The notes under the pieces: model-generated
What the model was told of the DNA's origin: nothing
The model's database searches: none
The model's input: only the letters and a program-made list of their open reading frames with translations
Position numbers and translations under genes: made by a program
Shown here: positions 9,856 through 19,517 of the stretch, one piece after another
Position numbering within the stretch: position 1 is the stretch's first letter
Layout of the letters: each line of letters opens with the position of its first letter
Assembly: GCA_963822585.1 (NCBI GenBank)
Contig: CAWGIE010000017.1
Location: 1 to 64,000 of the forward strand
DNA from: an uncultured bacterium
GTDB taxonomy: Bacteria; Auribacterota; Erginobacteria; Erginobacterales; Erginobacteraceae
Direction: 5' to 3'
DNA: 64,000 nucleotides

Positions 9856-12735
9856 ATGAAAGCCTTCCGGCGGATCTCGATCCCGATAGCTGGTTTTATA
9901 ATTATATTTACCTGTCTTTCCCATCCTGCCCTGGCCACCGAGTATCCCGGTAGTTTTGTAGAGTGGACTGGTTATGGCATATTTACGGGAGATATTGTTG
10001 TCCCCGATGCGGGTACGGTTTCCAATGTCAGTCTGTTCATTAGAAACGCTTATACCTATCAGGGATTCAACAATAATGCCATGTTATTGACATCACCGAT
10101 CGGGACGACTATTTATTTATTTGATCTGTCGACCTATTCAATTACCGGGAAGTCCCTGTATCTGACCCGTCTCATTGATACCGCCCCGGTTATTATCACC
10201 GAAGGCATCCCTCCCTATGCCGGTTCCTTCCGTCCCGGAGAGAGTTTCTCTAATTATAACGGTGAATGGATGACCGGAACCTGGACTCTGGCAGTTTATA
10301 ACAACGCACTCAGCACCAGTAACAACGGCGCCGTGACCAACTGGTCCCTGATCATTAACGAACCTCCTGCCCCAACCCCTGCGCCCACGCCGGAAGGTTT
10401 TGTTTACAAGGAGTATAAGGGCACCTCGTTTTCCTGGACCGGTATCAGCACTAGGCTGAGTGATCTATCCATCGCGGCTTCGGGGGTGATCGCCGATGTC
10501 AACGTGAACATGAACGCTGTCTGTACTACCAGTCTCGACTCTCTCGGGATGTATCTCATCTCCCCGGAGGGTACTATTGTCGGTTTATTCAATAAGCATG
10601 ATCTGGATGAAACCACGTTGTATTTAACCACTTTCGACGACGCGGCGGATCAATCAATTAAAAACGGACTCGCGCCCTACATCGGGTTATACCGCCCGGT
10701 GGAAAGCCTGGCCTTGTTTAACAACCAGTCGGTCACAGGTGAATGGACCCTGGTAGCATACAACGATGACGCCGGAAATAACGGGACCGTTTCCGCCTGG
10801 AGCCTGGTGATCGGTATCAGGGATTATGTCTCCCCGACCCCGACCACAACCCCGACCCCCCTTCCGCCCGCCACGGCGACCCCGATTGGTTATAAGACAC
10901 CATCCCCGACACCTTTCGGATACCATACCCCAACCCCGGCCCCGAATCCCTGCTATGATGTCATCGTGGAGAATGTCAACGAGGTCCCGTATGTCGGCGT
11001 TGGTATCACCGAGTCGAAAATCTATATCCCGGATAATTTTCTTATCAAGGACGTTGATGTCGAGTTCAGCGCCTGGGTTGACAACCCGCTTGGCGAAGGT
11101 TGTGGTACTCTTAATACCAAGGCCCTCTATCTCACCGCGCCGAACAATGTCATTGTCGAACTATTCGGGAAGCATGACCTGGAAGAGCAGGGGCTCTACC
11201 TTACTTACTTCGACGACGATGCCGCTATTCCCATCGTCGATGACATCGCCCCCTACTACGGTCCTCATCAGCCGGTCCCGCCGGGCCTCGATAAGTTCCG
11301 TCAGGAAGGGACCTGGTCGCGGGGGACCTGGGTACTTTCCTGGTATGATGACTGCGCTGCGGATCTGGGTACTATTGAACATTTCACGCTCTGCCTGAAC
11401 CGGCCTAACCTTACACCGTCCCCGACCATTGTCCCATCAGCAACACCGGCTTCCCCAACCCCCCCCACGCCCACGCCGGCACCGACATCGCCGGTGGTCA
11501 CCTGCGAAACGTATTCCGGATCCTTCTTCAGCTGGACCGGCGGCGCGGTCGCCTTGGACACCATCACCGTCGCGGATATCGGCACGGTGGATCATGTTCT
11601 GCTTCACATCACTGAGCTATACTGCGCGACCGGTCTCGAGTATGTCGGGATGTATCTCCTCGCTCCCGCCGCGACGCCCGTCCCCATGTTCGAAAAACAC
11701 GATCTGAATGAGCACCAGCTTTACCTGACCACCTTCCGTGGCGATGCGGGCAACCTCATTACAACTGGGATTGCTCCCTATATCGGCTCATATCTTCCTG
11801 TAGGCAATCTGGGCGCTCTGTCCGGAAAACAGATAACGGGAGACTGGACGCTGGTGGTCTACAACGACGAACCGACCAACGACGGCTACGTGACCGACTG
11901 GGACCTTGAGATCTGCTACGTCGCCGGCGTCCCCATCACACCCACGCCGACGACCCCGCCGCCGACCACGCCGACGCCGCCCGGAGGGATGCCGATCCCT
12001 GTCCTCGAATCCGGTGATTACGACGGGGACGGGACCTCAGATATCGGCATCTTCCGGCCCTCCCTGGGGCAGTGGTTGGTCCGCGGCGTGGGGACTTCCT
12101 GGTTCGGCCAGAGCGGGGACATCCCGGCCAGCGGCGACTACGACGGGGACGGGACCACCGACATTGCCATCTTCCGGTCCTCTAACGGTCTCTGGGCGGT
12201 GAGTGCGGTGACCCGGGTTTACTTCGGTAGCGGGGATATTTCCATCCCGGGGGATTACGACGGCGACGGCGTCGCCGACATCGCCATCTACCGGAAGTCT
12301 TCCGGCCTCTGGGTGGTCAAGGGTATTACCCGGCGCTACTTCGGGACCTCGACCGATTACCCCGTCCCTGCCGATTACGACGGCGACTGGGCGACCGACC
12401 TGGCCGTCTTCCGGCCCTCGATGGGTCTCTGGGCGGTTTACGGGGTGACCCGGGCCTACTTCGGCAACCAGACCGATCTCCCGGTTCCCCGTGACTATGA
12501 CGGCGACGGCACCGACGATATCGGGATCGTCCGGTTCTCGACCGGCCTCTGGGCCATCCGGGGTGGGGGCCATTTCTACTTCGGCACGACCGGCGACATC
12601 CCGGTCCCCGCCGATTACCGGGGCAACGGCATCGACTACCCCGGAATCTTCCGCCGCGCCACCGCCCTCTGGGCGATCAAGGGCGTGACCCGGGCGTACT
12701 GTGGGAAATCGGGAGACATTCCGATAGCAAAATAA
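9856..12735 (+). CDS. Secreted protein with four proprotein-convertase P-like beta domains, Pro/Thr linkers and C-terminal FG-GAP/VCBS-like module
   Basis: Signal peptide and strong RBS; four repeats of LxSPxGT...LYLTxFxDxA...APYxG...GxWxL; PTPTP linkers; GDYDGDG repeats. Confidence 0.85.
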   Translation: MKAFRRISIPIAGFIIIFTCLSHPALATEYPGSFVEWTGYGIFTGDIVVPDAGTVSNVSLFIRNAYTYQGFNNNAMLLTSPIGTTIYLFDLSTYSITGKSLYLTRLIDTAPVIITEGIPPYAGSFRPGESFSNYNGEWMTGTWTLAVYNNALSTSNNGAVTNWSLIINEPPAPTPAPTPEGFVYKEYKGTSFSWTGISTRLSDLSIAASGVIADVNVNMNAVCTTSLDSLGMYLISPEGTIVGLFNKHDLDETTLYLTTFDDAADQSIKNGLAPYIGLYRPVESLALFNNQSVTGEWTLVAYNDDAGNNGTVSAWSLVIGIRDYVSPTPTTTPTPLPPATATPIGYKTPSPTPFGYHTPTPAPNPCYDVIVENVNEVPYVGVGITESKIYIPDNFLIKDVDVEFSAWVDNPLGEGCGTLNTKALYLTAPNNVIVELFGKHDLEEQGLYLTYFDDDAAIPIVDDIAPYYGPHQPVPPGLDKFRQEGTWSRGTWVLSWYDDCAADLGTIEHFTLCLNRPNLTPSPTIVPSATPASPTPPTPTPAPTSPVVTCETYSGSFFSWTGGAVALDTITVADIGTVDHVLLHITELYCATGLEYVGMYLLAPAATPVPMFEKHDLNEHQLYLTTFRGDAGNLITTGIAPYIGSYLPVGNLGALSGKQITGDWTLVVYNDEPTNDGYVTDWDLEICYVAGVPITPTPTTPPPTTPTPPGGMPIPVLESGDYDGDGTSDIGIFRPSLGQWLVRGVGTSWFGQSGDIPASGDYDGDGTTDIAIFRSSNGLWAVSAVTRVYFGSGDISIPGDYDGDGVADIAIYRKSSGLWVVKGITRRYFGTSTDYPVPADYDGDWATDLAVFRPSMGLWAVYGVTRAYFGNQTDLPVPRDYDGDGTDDIGIVRFSTGLWAIRGGGHFYFGTTGDIPVPADYRGNGIDYPGIFRRATALWAIKGVTRAYCGKSGDIPIAK

Positions 12736-12888
12736 GTGCCTAAAGTGCCTAAAGTTGAAAGTGCCTAAAGTTGTCGCTTCGCCTGGCGCTGCACAGCCTC
12801 ACGATAATGACCTAAGAAAGAGATAATGGATAAAAGAGTTTTCGGTTCTCTTCAATTTTGTGCGGGTGGATGCTATGCAGGAGCAGAG

Positions 12889-13158
12889 GGACGCCAACGG
12901 CGTCCAATATCATAGCCCAGGGTGCAACCCTGGGAATCGGGACAGATCGCACCCCCGTGTCCGCACCCCAACGGGGTGCTACATTCCCTCATTCATGTTC
13001 CTGAATAAGTTATCCAGATGTATGATCCGATTCGATATGATGTAGCCCTTCGACTTCGCTCAGGGCAGGCTGCCCCTTCAGGGTGCCGGGGTGATACACA
13101 ATCACCTTTTTTCCCGGCGATGCTCGCCGGGCTATGATATTTCACCCCGTTGGGGTGC
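12889..13158. repeat. REP/BIME-like palindrome cluster
   Basis: caacggcgtccaatatcatagccc versus gggctatgatatttcaccccgttg; internal gcaccccaacggggtgctaca and cccagggtgcaaccctggg hairpins. Confidence 0.75.
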
Positions 13159-13308
13159 GCGAGCGAAACACAGTACTGGTTGCAAGTAATAGCCGAATCG
13201 GATTTTTTATCTTGGGAAAGAATAAAACCTGAATATGACGAAGCCAGTGAATTGCTGGCGATATTCACCTCTATCGGAAAATCCGGCAAGAGCGAAACCA
13301 GTAAGTGA
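13159..13308 (+). pseudogene. C-terminal remnant of a four-helix-bundle (IVP/23S-IVS-like) protein
   Basis: Translates ASETQYWLQVIAESDFLSWERIKPEYDEASELLAIFTSIGKSGKSETSK*; possible N-terminal stub MDKRVFG at 12826. Confidence 0.75.
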
Positions 13309-13354
13309 GGCGAGTAACTTTAGGCACTTTCAACTTTAGGCACTTTCTTTTACC

Positions 13355-14449
13355 ATGCGTTTCGATCAGCTTTTGCAGATGATGGAGGAGAAGCTCGCCT
13401 CGGACATTTACCTGAAGGCGAACCAGCCTCCGGTTTTCCGCGTCAACGGGGTCCTGGTGCCCCTCTCCGAGCAGCCTCCCCTGGCGGAAGAGGACATGCG
13501 GGATTACGCCCGTCATGTTCTTGACGAGAAACAGCTGCGGATACTGGAAGTTGACCGCGAGATGGACGTTGCCTATGCCATGGAGGGCGACCTCCGTTTC
13601 CGGGTCAACCTTTTTTACCAGCAGGGGGCCCTGGGGATCGTCTGCCGGAGGATCAAGCGGGAGATTCTGACTTTTCAGGACCTCAACCTCCCGGTGGAGG
13701 TGATGGAGAAACTCGCGCTGGAAACCCGGGGACTGATCCTGATCACCGGCGCCGCCGGCAGCGGAAAGAGCACCACCCTGGCGGCGATGATCAACTTCAT
13801 CAATCAACGGAAGAAGAAGCACATCATCACGATCGAGGACCCGATCGAATTCACCTACGTGGAGGATCAGTGCCTTATCAACCAGCGCGAGGTCGGCTTC
13901 GACACCCGGAGTTTCCAGGGAGCGCTCAAGTACGTCATCCGGCAGGCGCCCGACGTCATCGTGGTCGGGGAAATGCGGGACCTGGAGACGATGACCAGCG
14001 CCATCATGGCGGCGGAAGTCGGCCATCTGGTCATCAGCTCTCTGCACACCATCGACGTCAGTCAGACCCTGGAGCGGATCATCAACTTTTTCCCCGCCTT
14101 TCAGCATCCGCAGATCAGGATGCAGCTCTCGTTCGTTCTCAAGGGGATTGTTGCCCAGAGGCTGATCGTCCGGAAAGACGGGGAGGGGCGCGTCCCCGCC
14201 TGCGAGGTGCTGATGTCCACCCCGACGGCGAGGAAACAGATCATGGACGGGAAGTCCGAGGAACTCAGCAAGACGATCGAGGCCGGGAAGATCGCCGGGA
14301 TGCAGACCTTCAATCAGTCCATCCTCAAGCTTTACCAGGACGGAAAAATCAGCTACGAGGACGCGATGGAGAACTCGGACAACCCGGAACTGCTGGAACT
14401 GGCCATCAAGGGAATATTCACCGGCTCGGACACGTTTAAGATACACTGA
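13355..14449 (+). CDS. PilT/PilU-family pilus retraction ATPase (PilU-like)
   Basis: GAAGSGKSTT, TIEDPIE, QREVG, RQAPDVIVVGEMRD, GHLVISSLH, GMQTF; lacks the AIRNLIRE motif. Confidence 0.93.
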   Translation: MRFDQLLQMMEEKLASDIYLKANQPPVFRVNGVLVPLSEQPPLAEEDMRDYARHVLDEKQLRILEVDREMDVAYAMEGDLRFRVNLFYQQGALGIVCRRIKREILTFQDLNLPVEVMEKLALETRGLILITGAAGSGKSTTLAAMINFINQRKKKHIITIEDPIEFTYVEDQCLINQREVGFDTRSFQGALKYVIRQAPDVIVVGEMRDLETMTSAIMAAEVGHLVISSLHTIDVSQTLERIINFFPAFQHPQIRMQLSFVLKGIVAQRLIVRKDGEGRVPACEVLMSTPTARKQIMDGKSEELSKTIEAGKIAGMQTFNQSILKLYQDGKISYEDAMENSDNPELLELAIKGIFTGSDTFKIH

Positions 14450-14539
14450 AGTGCCTAAAGTGCGCTAAAGTGCCTAAAGTTTTCAGCCAGAGGCTGATCC
14501 GCCTCCGGCGGAGAAATGCCTAAAGTGAGCTAAAGTGCC
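14448..14539 (+). repeat. AAAGTGCCT array with nested 30-nt insert
   Basis: aagtgcctaaagtgcgctaaagtgcctaaagttttcagccagaggctgatccgcctccggcggagaaatgcctaaagtgagctaaagtgcc. Confidence 0.85.
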
Positions 14540-14792
14540 AACGATTTTAATGATTCTCGGTTGGCGTGTTTTTTTCTATGCCAATGAACGAAATGAGCCT
14601 ATCCATGTTCATTGTCAGAAGGCTGAGTGTGAAACGAAATATTGGGTTGATGTGGAAAACTTTGATTTCATTGAAGCATTTAGTTACAACATGTCACCGC
14701 GAGATAAGAAAATAATTCGGCGTATCCTTTTTGAGCATTTTGATTATATAGTAGAACAATGGGATCAGTTTCAGAGGGGGCAATATGAATAA
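14535..14792 (+). CDS. DUF4160 family protein (putative toxin)
   Basis: MPTI...GWRVFFYANERNEPIHVHCQK...KYW; AT-rich; overlaps the next gene. Confidence 0.85.
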   Translation: MPTILMILGWRVFFYANERNEPIHVHCQKAECETKYWVDVENFDFIEAFSYNMSPRDKKIIRRILFEHFDYIVEQWDQFQRGQYE

Positions 14793-15042
14793 AACTCATA
14801 AAGTAGGAACAATAAAATTCAAGGATAACACGATAATTATGCTTGTAGATGGTAAAGAATATGCCGTTGAAATATCTCACGTTTCTCCACGGCTTGCGAA
14901 TGCTTCAGATAACCAGCGCCGGAACTTCGTTGTATCGCCATCTGGTTATGGAATACATTGGCCTGATATTGACGAGGATCTTTCGATTGATGGCATTCTT
15001 GGCATTAAGCATGACGCCCCTGTTCTGAATGCCGTTATATAA
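14785..15042 (+). CDS. DUF2442 family protein (putative antitoxin)
   Basis: SPRLANAS..QRRNF..SPSGYGIHWPDIDEDLSIDGIL. Confidence 0.88.
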   Translation: MNKTHKVGTIKFKDNTIIMLVDGKEYAVEISHVSPRLANASDNQRRNFVVSPSGYGIHWPDIDEDLSIDGILGIKHDAPVLNAVI

Positions 15043-15145
15043 TTTAGGGGCAGTGCCGCCATCCACTGAATCTAACAACATACTATAGACTTTAGTGTGC
15101 GTTGGAGGCGTTACATTTTAATAAAATTTTTCGGAGAAAAATTTT

Positions 15146-16213
15146 ATGCATTTAAAAGAGATTCTCGAACTTGTCGTCAGTAAAAACGCCTCCGACCTGC
15201 ACATCACCACCGGGGAACCCCCGATCATTCGTATCGACGGGGACCTGATCCATACTGATTTTCCCACCCTGTCAGCCGACGATACCAAGGCGCTTATTTA
15301 CGGGGTGTTGAACGACAGCCAGAAAGTGCGTTTTGAGAAAGACCTCGAGCTCGACCTGTCGCTCTACATCCCCGGGATCAGCCGGTTCCGCGTCAACGTG
15401 CACATGCAGAAAGGATGCGTGGAGGCGGCCTTCCGCACCATCCCCATGGTTGTCCCCCACATCGACACCCTGGGCCTTCCCGAAGTCGCCCGGACGCTGG
15501 CCCGCAAACCGAACGGGCTGGTCCTGATAACCGGCCCCACCGGGACCGGGAAGAGCACGACCATGGCGGCGATGGTGGACCTGATCAACCGGGAACGGCG
15601 CTGCCTGATCATCAGCGCCGAAGACCCGATCGAGTATCTCCATTCCAACAAGGAGAGCATCATCAAGCAGCGGGAAGTCGGCTCCGATACGCACTCGTTC
15701 TCCGCCGCCCTCAAACACGCCCTCCGCCAGGATCCGGACGTACTCTTGGTCGGGGAGATGCGGGACCTGGAGACCATCTCGACCACCCTGACCGCCGCCG
15801 AGACGGGCCACCTGGTTATTTCCAGCCTGCACACCCCGGACGCCGCCCAGACGATCGACCGCCTGATCGACGTTTTTCCCCCCGGGCAGCAGAAGCAGGT
15901 GATGATCCAACTGGCCGGGTGCCTCCAGGGGGTCATGGCCCAGGTTCTTCTCCCCCTCAAGGATGAAAAGGGCCGGGCAGTCGCGACAGAGGTTATGATC
16001 GGAACTGCCGGGGTCAGGAACGTGATCCGCGAGCATAAGACCCACCAGATCTCCACTCTGATTCAGACCGGGGCCCAGTACGGGATGCACAGCATGGATC
16101 AGACCCTGAAGGAGCTGGTTCTCAGCGGAAAAGTGCGCTACCGGGACGCCGTCGTCCAGGTAAAGAACCCGGACAGTTTCAAGGACATCCCGGACAGCCT
16201 GAGGGAAGAATAA
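15146..16213 (+). CDS. pilT: Twitching-motility retraction ATPase PilT
   Basis: ASDLHI, GPTGTGKSTT, EDPIE, ALRQDPDVLLVGEMRD, AAETGHLV, GVRNVIRE (AIRNLIRE-like), GMHSMDQ. Confidence 0.95.
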   Translation: MHLKEILELVVSKNASDLHITTGEPPIIRIDGDLIHTDFPTLSADDTKALIYGVLNDSQKVRFEKDLELDLSLYIPGISRFRVNVHMQKGCVEAAFRTIPMVVPHIDTLGLPEVARTLARKPNGLVLITGPTGTGKSTTMAAMVDLINRERRCLIISAEDPIEYLHSNKESIIKQREVGSDTHSFSAALKHALRQDPDVLLVGEMRDLETISTTLTAAETGHLVISSLHTPDAAQTIDRLIDVFPPGQQKQVMIQLAGCLQGVMAQVLLPLKDEKGRAVATEVMIGTAGVRNVIREHKTHQISTLIQTGAQYGMHSMDQTLKELVLSGKVRYRDAVVQVKNPDSFKDIPDSLREE

Positions 16214-16222
16214 ACGAATACT

Positions 16223-16486
16223 AACCACGAAGGACACGAAGGACACGCAGAATAGTATAAATAGTGTAGTATCGTCCTTTCGCTTCGCTCCAGGACTTGT
16301 AGGATCAGAATGCCTCCGGCATTCTTTGTAGGAATTGTAGGATCGCTTTGCTTGCAGTTCAGCAAGCCTTGCCTCCGGCAAGGCGATACTACATTTACTA
16401 CATCTACCGCAAGTCCTTCACGGAGTGAAGGACGATCCTACATAAATTTGCGAGCCCCGATTTTATCGGGGTAGACTGCGCGAGCT
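16223..16486. repeat. Composite intergenic repeat region (ACACGAAGG array, TGTAGGAT inverted arms, CCCCGA-hairpin-GTAGAC unit)
   Basis: accacgaaggacacgaaggacacg; tgtagtatcgtcctt...aaggacgatcctaca; ccccgattttatcggggtagac. Confidence 0.7.
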
Positions 16487-16493
16487 CATTTAT

Positions 16494-17354
16494 ATGATCA
16501 TCGCCATCGTCAACCAGAAGGGAGGGTGCGGGAAGACGACCACCGCCATCAACCTGAGCGCCTGCCTGGCGTCCCGTGAGACGCGGACACTGCTGATCGA
16601 CCTTGACCCGCAGTCCAACGCCACCCTGGGTCTCGGGATTGAGGCGGAGCCGGGAAGAAGCATTCACCGGATCCTGGTCGATGATGAATACAGTACCGCG
16701 GATGCCGTGTATCCCACCGGTGTCTATAACCTCGACCTTATCCCCGCCACCATCCTCCTCTCCGGAACCGATCTCGATCTGGCGAATACCATGGGCCGGG
16801 AGATCATCCTCAAGAATAAAATCGCTTCTCTGACGGGGAGGTATGATTATATAATTATCGACTGCGCCCCTTCTTTGAGCCTGTTGACGGTGAACGCGCT
16901 GGCGGCGGCCGATGAGGTTTTGATACCCACCCAGGCCCACTATTACGCCCTGGAGGGGATGAAGCTTTTATTTCAGACGATTAATATCGTGAAAAGCCGC
17001 CTCAATTACCGGCTGGCGATCATGGGGATACTGCCGACTTTTTATGATGCCCGGACCGCCATCTGCCAGGATGTTCTTCGGGGGTTGAGAGAGTACTTCG
17101 GCTCCCGGGTTTTCCGGACGGTGATCAGGGTGAACTCGAAGCTGGCGGAAGCCCCCAGCGCCAGCGAACCGATTCACCTGTACGCGCCGGGCTCCCGCGG
17201 CGCCGCGGATTACGGCAGCCTGGCAGATGAAATAATCGAAAAACAAGAGGGGGGACAAGAAACGAGGGACGAGGGACGAGGGACGATGGATGAGGAACGA
17301 GGGACGACGGACGAGGGGATGCGGGATAAATCCCCACTCCGCCGAGATGATTGA
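16494..17354 (+). CDS. parA: ParA/Soj-family ATPase
   Basis: NQKGGCGKTTT, LIDLDPQSNAT, DYIIIDCAPS, LAEAPS; C-terminal tail translated from a GACGAGG heptamer array. Confidence 0.95.
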   Translation: MIIAIVNQKGGCGKTTTAINLSACLASRETRTLLIDLDPQSNATLGLGIEAEPGRSIHRILVDDEYSTADAVYPTGVYNLDLIPATILLSGTDLDLANTMGREIILKNKIASLTGRYDYIIIDCAPSLSLLTVNALAAADEVLIPTQAHYYALEGMKLLFQTINIVKSRLNYRLAIMGILPTFYDARTAICQDVLRGLREYFGSRVFRTVIRVNSKLAEAPSASEPIHLYAPGSRGAADYGSLADEIIEKQEGGQETRDEGRGTMDEERGTTDEGMRDKSPLRRDD

Positions 17355-17482
17355 GCGGTCAAGATTGCCCTCGCGGCGTGAAATGTCGGATCCGAACTAA
17401 TTTTGTAATCTTCATCTTCATCAATTGAAATCAGATTTATAAATATGTTCATTACTTAAATTTTCCGAAGTAAAATTTAATA

Positions 17483-19393
17483 ATGGAAGAGAAAAAAAAA
17501 TCGGGGCTGCAGAAGGATATCTCCTCTATCTTTGCCGGCCTGGAGAATATAGACAACGGCCGGGAAGATAAATCCGCGCCCCCCCCGGAGCCTCGCGCCC
17601 CCTCCCCGGAGCCGCCCGTTCCCCCGACGGAAGAAGTCCCTCCCATCCCCTTCGGCAGGGAAGAAGAGAAATCGAAGTCCGCCCCCGGGCCTGCCGAACT
17701 TCCCCCGATCCCCTCTGTTCCTCAGACTCCGGCATCCCTTGTTTGGGGAGGGAATTTCCCGAAACGCCGGAACGCCTTCCTCGGTCTCGATGTCGGAGCG
17801 TCCTCGATAAAAATCATCCAGATTTACCCGGTTTCGGGCGGGTGGGAAATGGGGGGCTATGCCGTCCAGGAGTTCAAGACGAGTTCGGGAGGCAGAAACC
17901 TCTTCGAAACCGAGATCATTGCCCGGAATTTGAAGGAGTTTTTCTCCACTATCGGGGCTTCCCGGAGCGGTGTTATCTGTTCTCTGCGGGGGGAGCGGAT
18001 AAATACCAGCCTGATCCAGCTGGCCCGGATGCCGAAGGGAGAACTGGAGAGCGCCTGCCGGCTGGAAGTCAGCCGGCGGGTAACTTTCAATATTGATAAG
18101 GCCTTGACCCAGCATATCGCGGTGTCAGAGGAGGGCGAGCGACCCGGGGCCAAGCTGAATCATCTTGTCACCGCGGTCAGTCGGGAGACCGTCAGCCGCA
18201 TCCTGGGTGTTCTCCGCCAGGCCGGGCTTCAGGTCGCGGCCCTGTTCCCGCTTCCCTTTGCCTGGAAGGAGTTCCTCCAGTCAGTCATCGGCTGCGACGA
18301 GGGGACGGCGGTGGCGGTTGTCGATGTCGGGTCAACCTGGACACTGGTCTCCATCTATAGGGGCGACCGGCTCCATTTCAGCCGCGAATTTGACACGGGG
18401 GGACGACAGATCACGGAGGCCATCATCCAGGCCGCCACGACATTCGGAGCGCAGGGAAAGATGTCCTGGGATGAAGCGGAAAAAATCAAGAGAACGACGG
18501 ATCTTTTCCAGACCGACGGCGCCCATGCGCTGAAGAGTAATTTGACGGTCTCCCAGGTCGGGAGCATGGTCCGGCCGGTGCTGGAGAAGATTGTCCAGGA
18601 GACCAAGCGGTCCCTTGATTATTATCAGCAGCTGTACCGGAAAGAAGAAGTGAACCGGGTGTATCTCTGCGGGGGGAGCGCATTGCTGCCGGGGTTCGAG
18701 CAGTTCTTCAAAGAACGCATGCGCTCACCGGTTGAGCTTCTCCGGCTAAGCGACCGGGTCAAACTCCACAGCTCGATTGCCTCTGAAGAGGAGGCGCGCT
18801 CCGTTTTTCCGAGACTGGCGCGGGCGGCCGCGCTTTCCATCAGCCGGAGATGGGAGGTCAATTTTATCCCCCCGATTGACAAGGTCCTCCAGAATATTCT
18901 CCGACGGAAGATCCTTATTCTTATCCCCGTGCTGGCTCTCTTTGTTGTCAGTTTCCTGTTTTATAAGACGGAAGCCGCCTTGATACCTCAACAGAAAAAA
19001 ATCATAGCCGGGCAAGCAAAGCAGCTGGGAAGACTCCAGGTCGACCTGGAGCCATATAAGGTCCTGTCGGAATTGGAAAAGCAGCTTACCGCCCGGGAGA
19101 AAGTCGGTCTTTATTCCACTCTTCGCCAGCCGAACTGGAAAGGCATCCTGAAGGAATTCAGCCGGATAACGCCCCCCACAATGGTCCTCACCGAGATTAT
19201 TACCCTGGAGGGGGAAGGGCCCCGGAGAATACTCCTCAGTGGTCAGGTACTGAATCCGGAGTTGTCCCTCCATGCCGGGGTGACCCAGTTCATCGTTCAG
19301 GTGGAAAACTCTCCCTTTTTCCGGGAGGTGGAGAAAATTTCCGAAGACATTGACAAGGGGACATTCAGTTTCAGTTGTACTTTAATTTACTGA
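17483..19393 (+). CDS. pilM: PilM-PilN fusion with N-terminal peptide and Pro-rich linker
   Basis: Actin-like motifs LGLDVGASSIK, VVDVG, LCGGSALLPG; then EVNFIPP (PilN INLLP-like), a TM helix, coiled coil and PilN-like domain. Confidence 0.88.
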   Translation: MEEKKKSGLQKDISSIFAGLENIDNGREDKSAPPPEPRAPSPEPPVPPTEEVPPIPFGREEEKSKSAPGPAELPPIPSVPQTPASLVWGGNFPKRRNAFLGLDVGASSIKIIQIYPVSGGWEMGGYAVQEFKTSSGGRNLFETEIIARNLKEFFSTIGASRSGVICSLRGERINTSLIQLARMPKGELESACRLEVSRRVTFNIDKALTQHIAVSEEGERPGAKLNHLVTAVSRETVSRILGVLRQAGLQVAALFPLPFAWKEFLQSVIGCDEGTAVAVVDVGSTWTLVSIYRGDRLHFSREFDTGGRQITEAIIQAATTFGAQGKMSWDEAEKIKRTTDLFQTDGAHALKSNLTVSQVGSMVRPVLEKIVQETKRSLDYYQQLYRKEEVNRVYLCGGSALLPGFEQFFKERMRSPVELLRLSDRVKLHSSIASEEEARSVFPRLARAAALSISRRWEVNFIPPIDKVLQNILRRKILILIPVLALFVVSFLFYKTEAALIPQQKKIIAGQAKQLGRLQVDLEPYKVLSELEKQLTAREKVGLYSTLRQPNWKGILKEFSRITPPTMVLTEIITLEGEGPRRILLSGQVLNPELSLHAGVTQFIVQVENSPFFREVEKISEDIDKGTFSFSCTLIY

Positions 19394-19425
19394 GCCGCCG
19401 GAAGGCGGCTCAGTAAATTAAAGTA
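19378..19425. terminator. Perfect 22-bp hairpin overlapping the pilMN stop
   Basis: tactttaatttactgagccgcc-ggaa-ggcggctcagtaaattaaagta. Confidence 0.65.
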
Positions 19426-19517
19426 GTTTTGAACAATGACCATAAGCAAAAGAACGGCAACACAATAATATATTGATTTTATCATTCGCTTTTTCAAAAA
19501 ACCGGGCACGAGCGAAT

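Larger units (their letters stand above)
12734..13346. mobile_element. Cassette bracketed by inverted AAAGTGCCT arrays; contains a REP cluster and a four-helix-bundle gene remnant
   Basis: Left aagtgcctaaagtgcctaaagttgaaagtgcctaaagtt; right aactttaggcactttcaactttaggcacttt (exact reverse complement of part of the left arm). Confidence 0.7.

Noticed and set aside
13271..14446. Long antisense ORFs (also 15272-16381, 35267-37366, 48659-49774, 55870-57051, 57609-58985)
   Set aside because: Shadows of well-supported genes on the opposite strand in GC-rich DNA.
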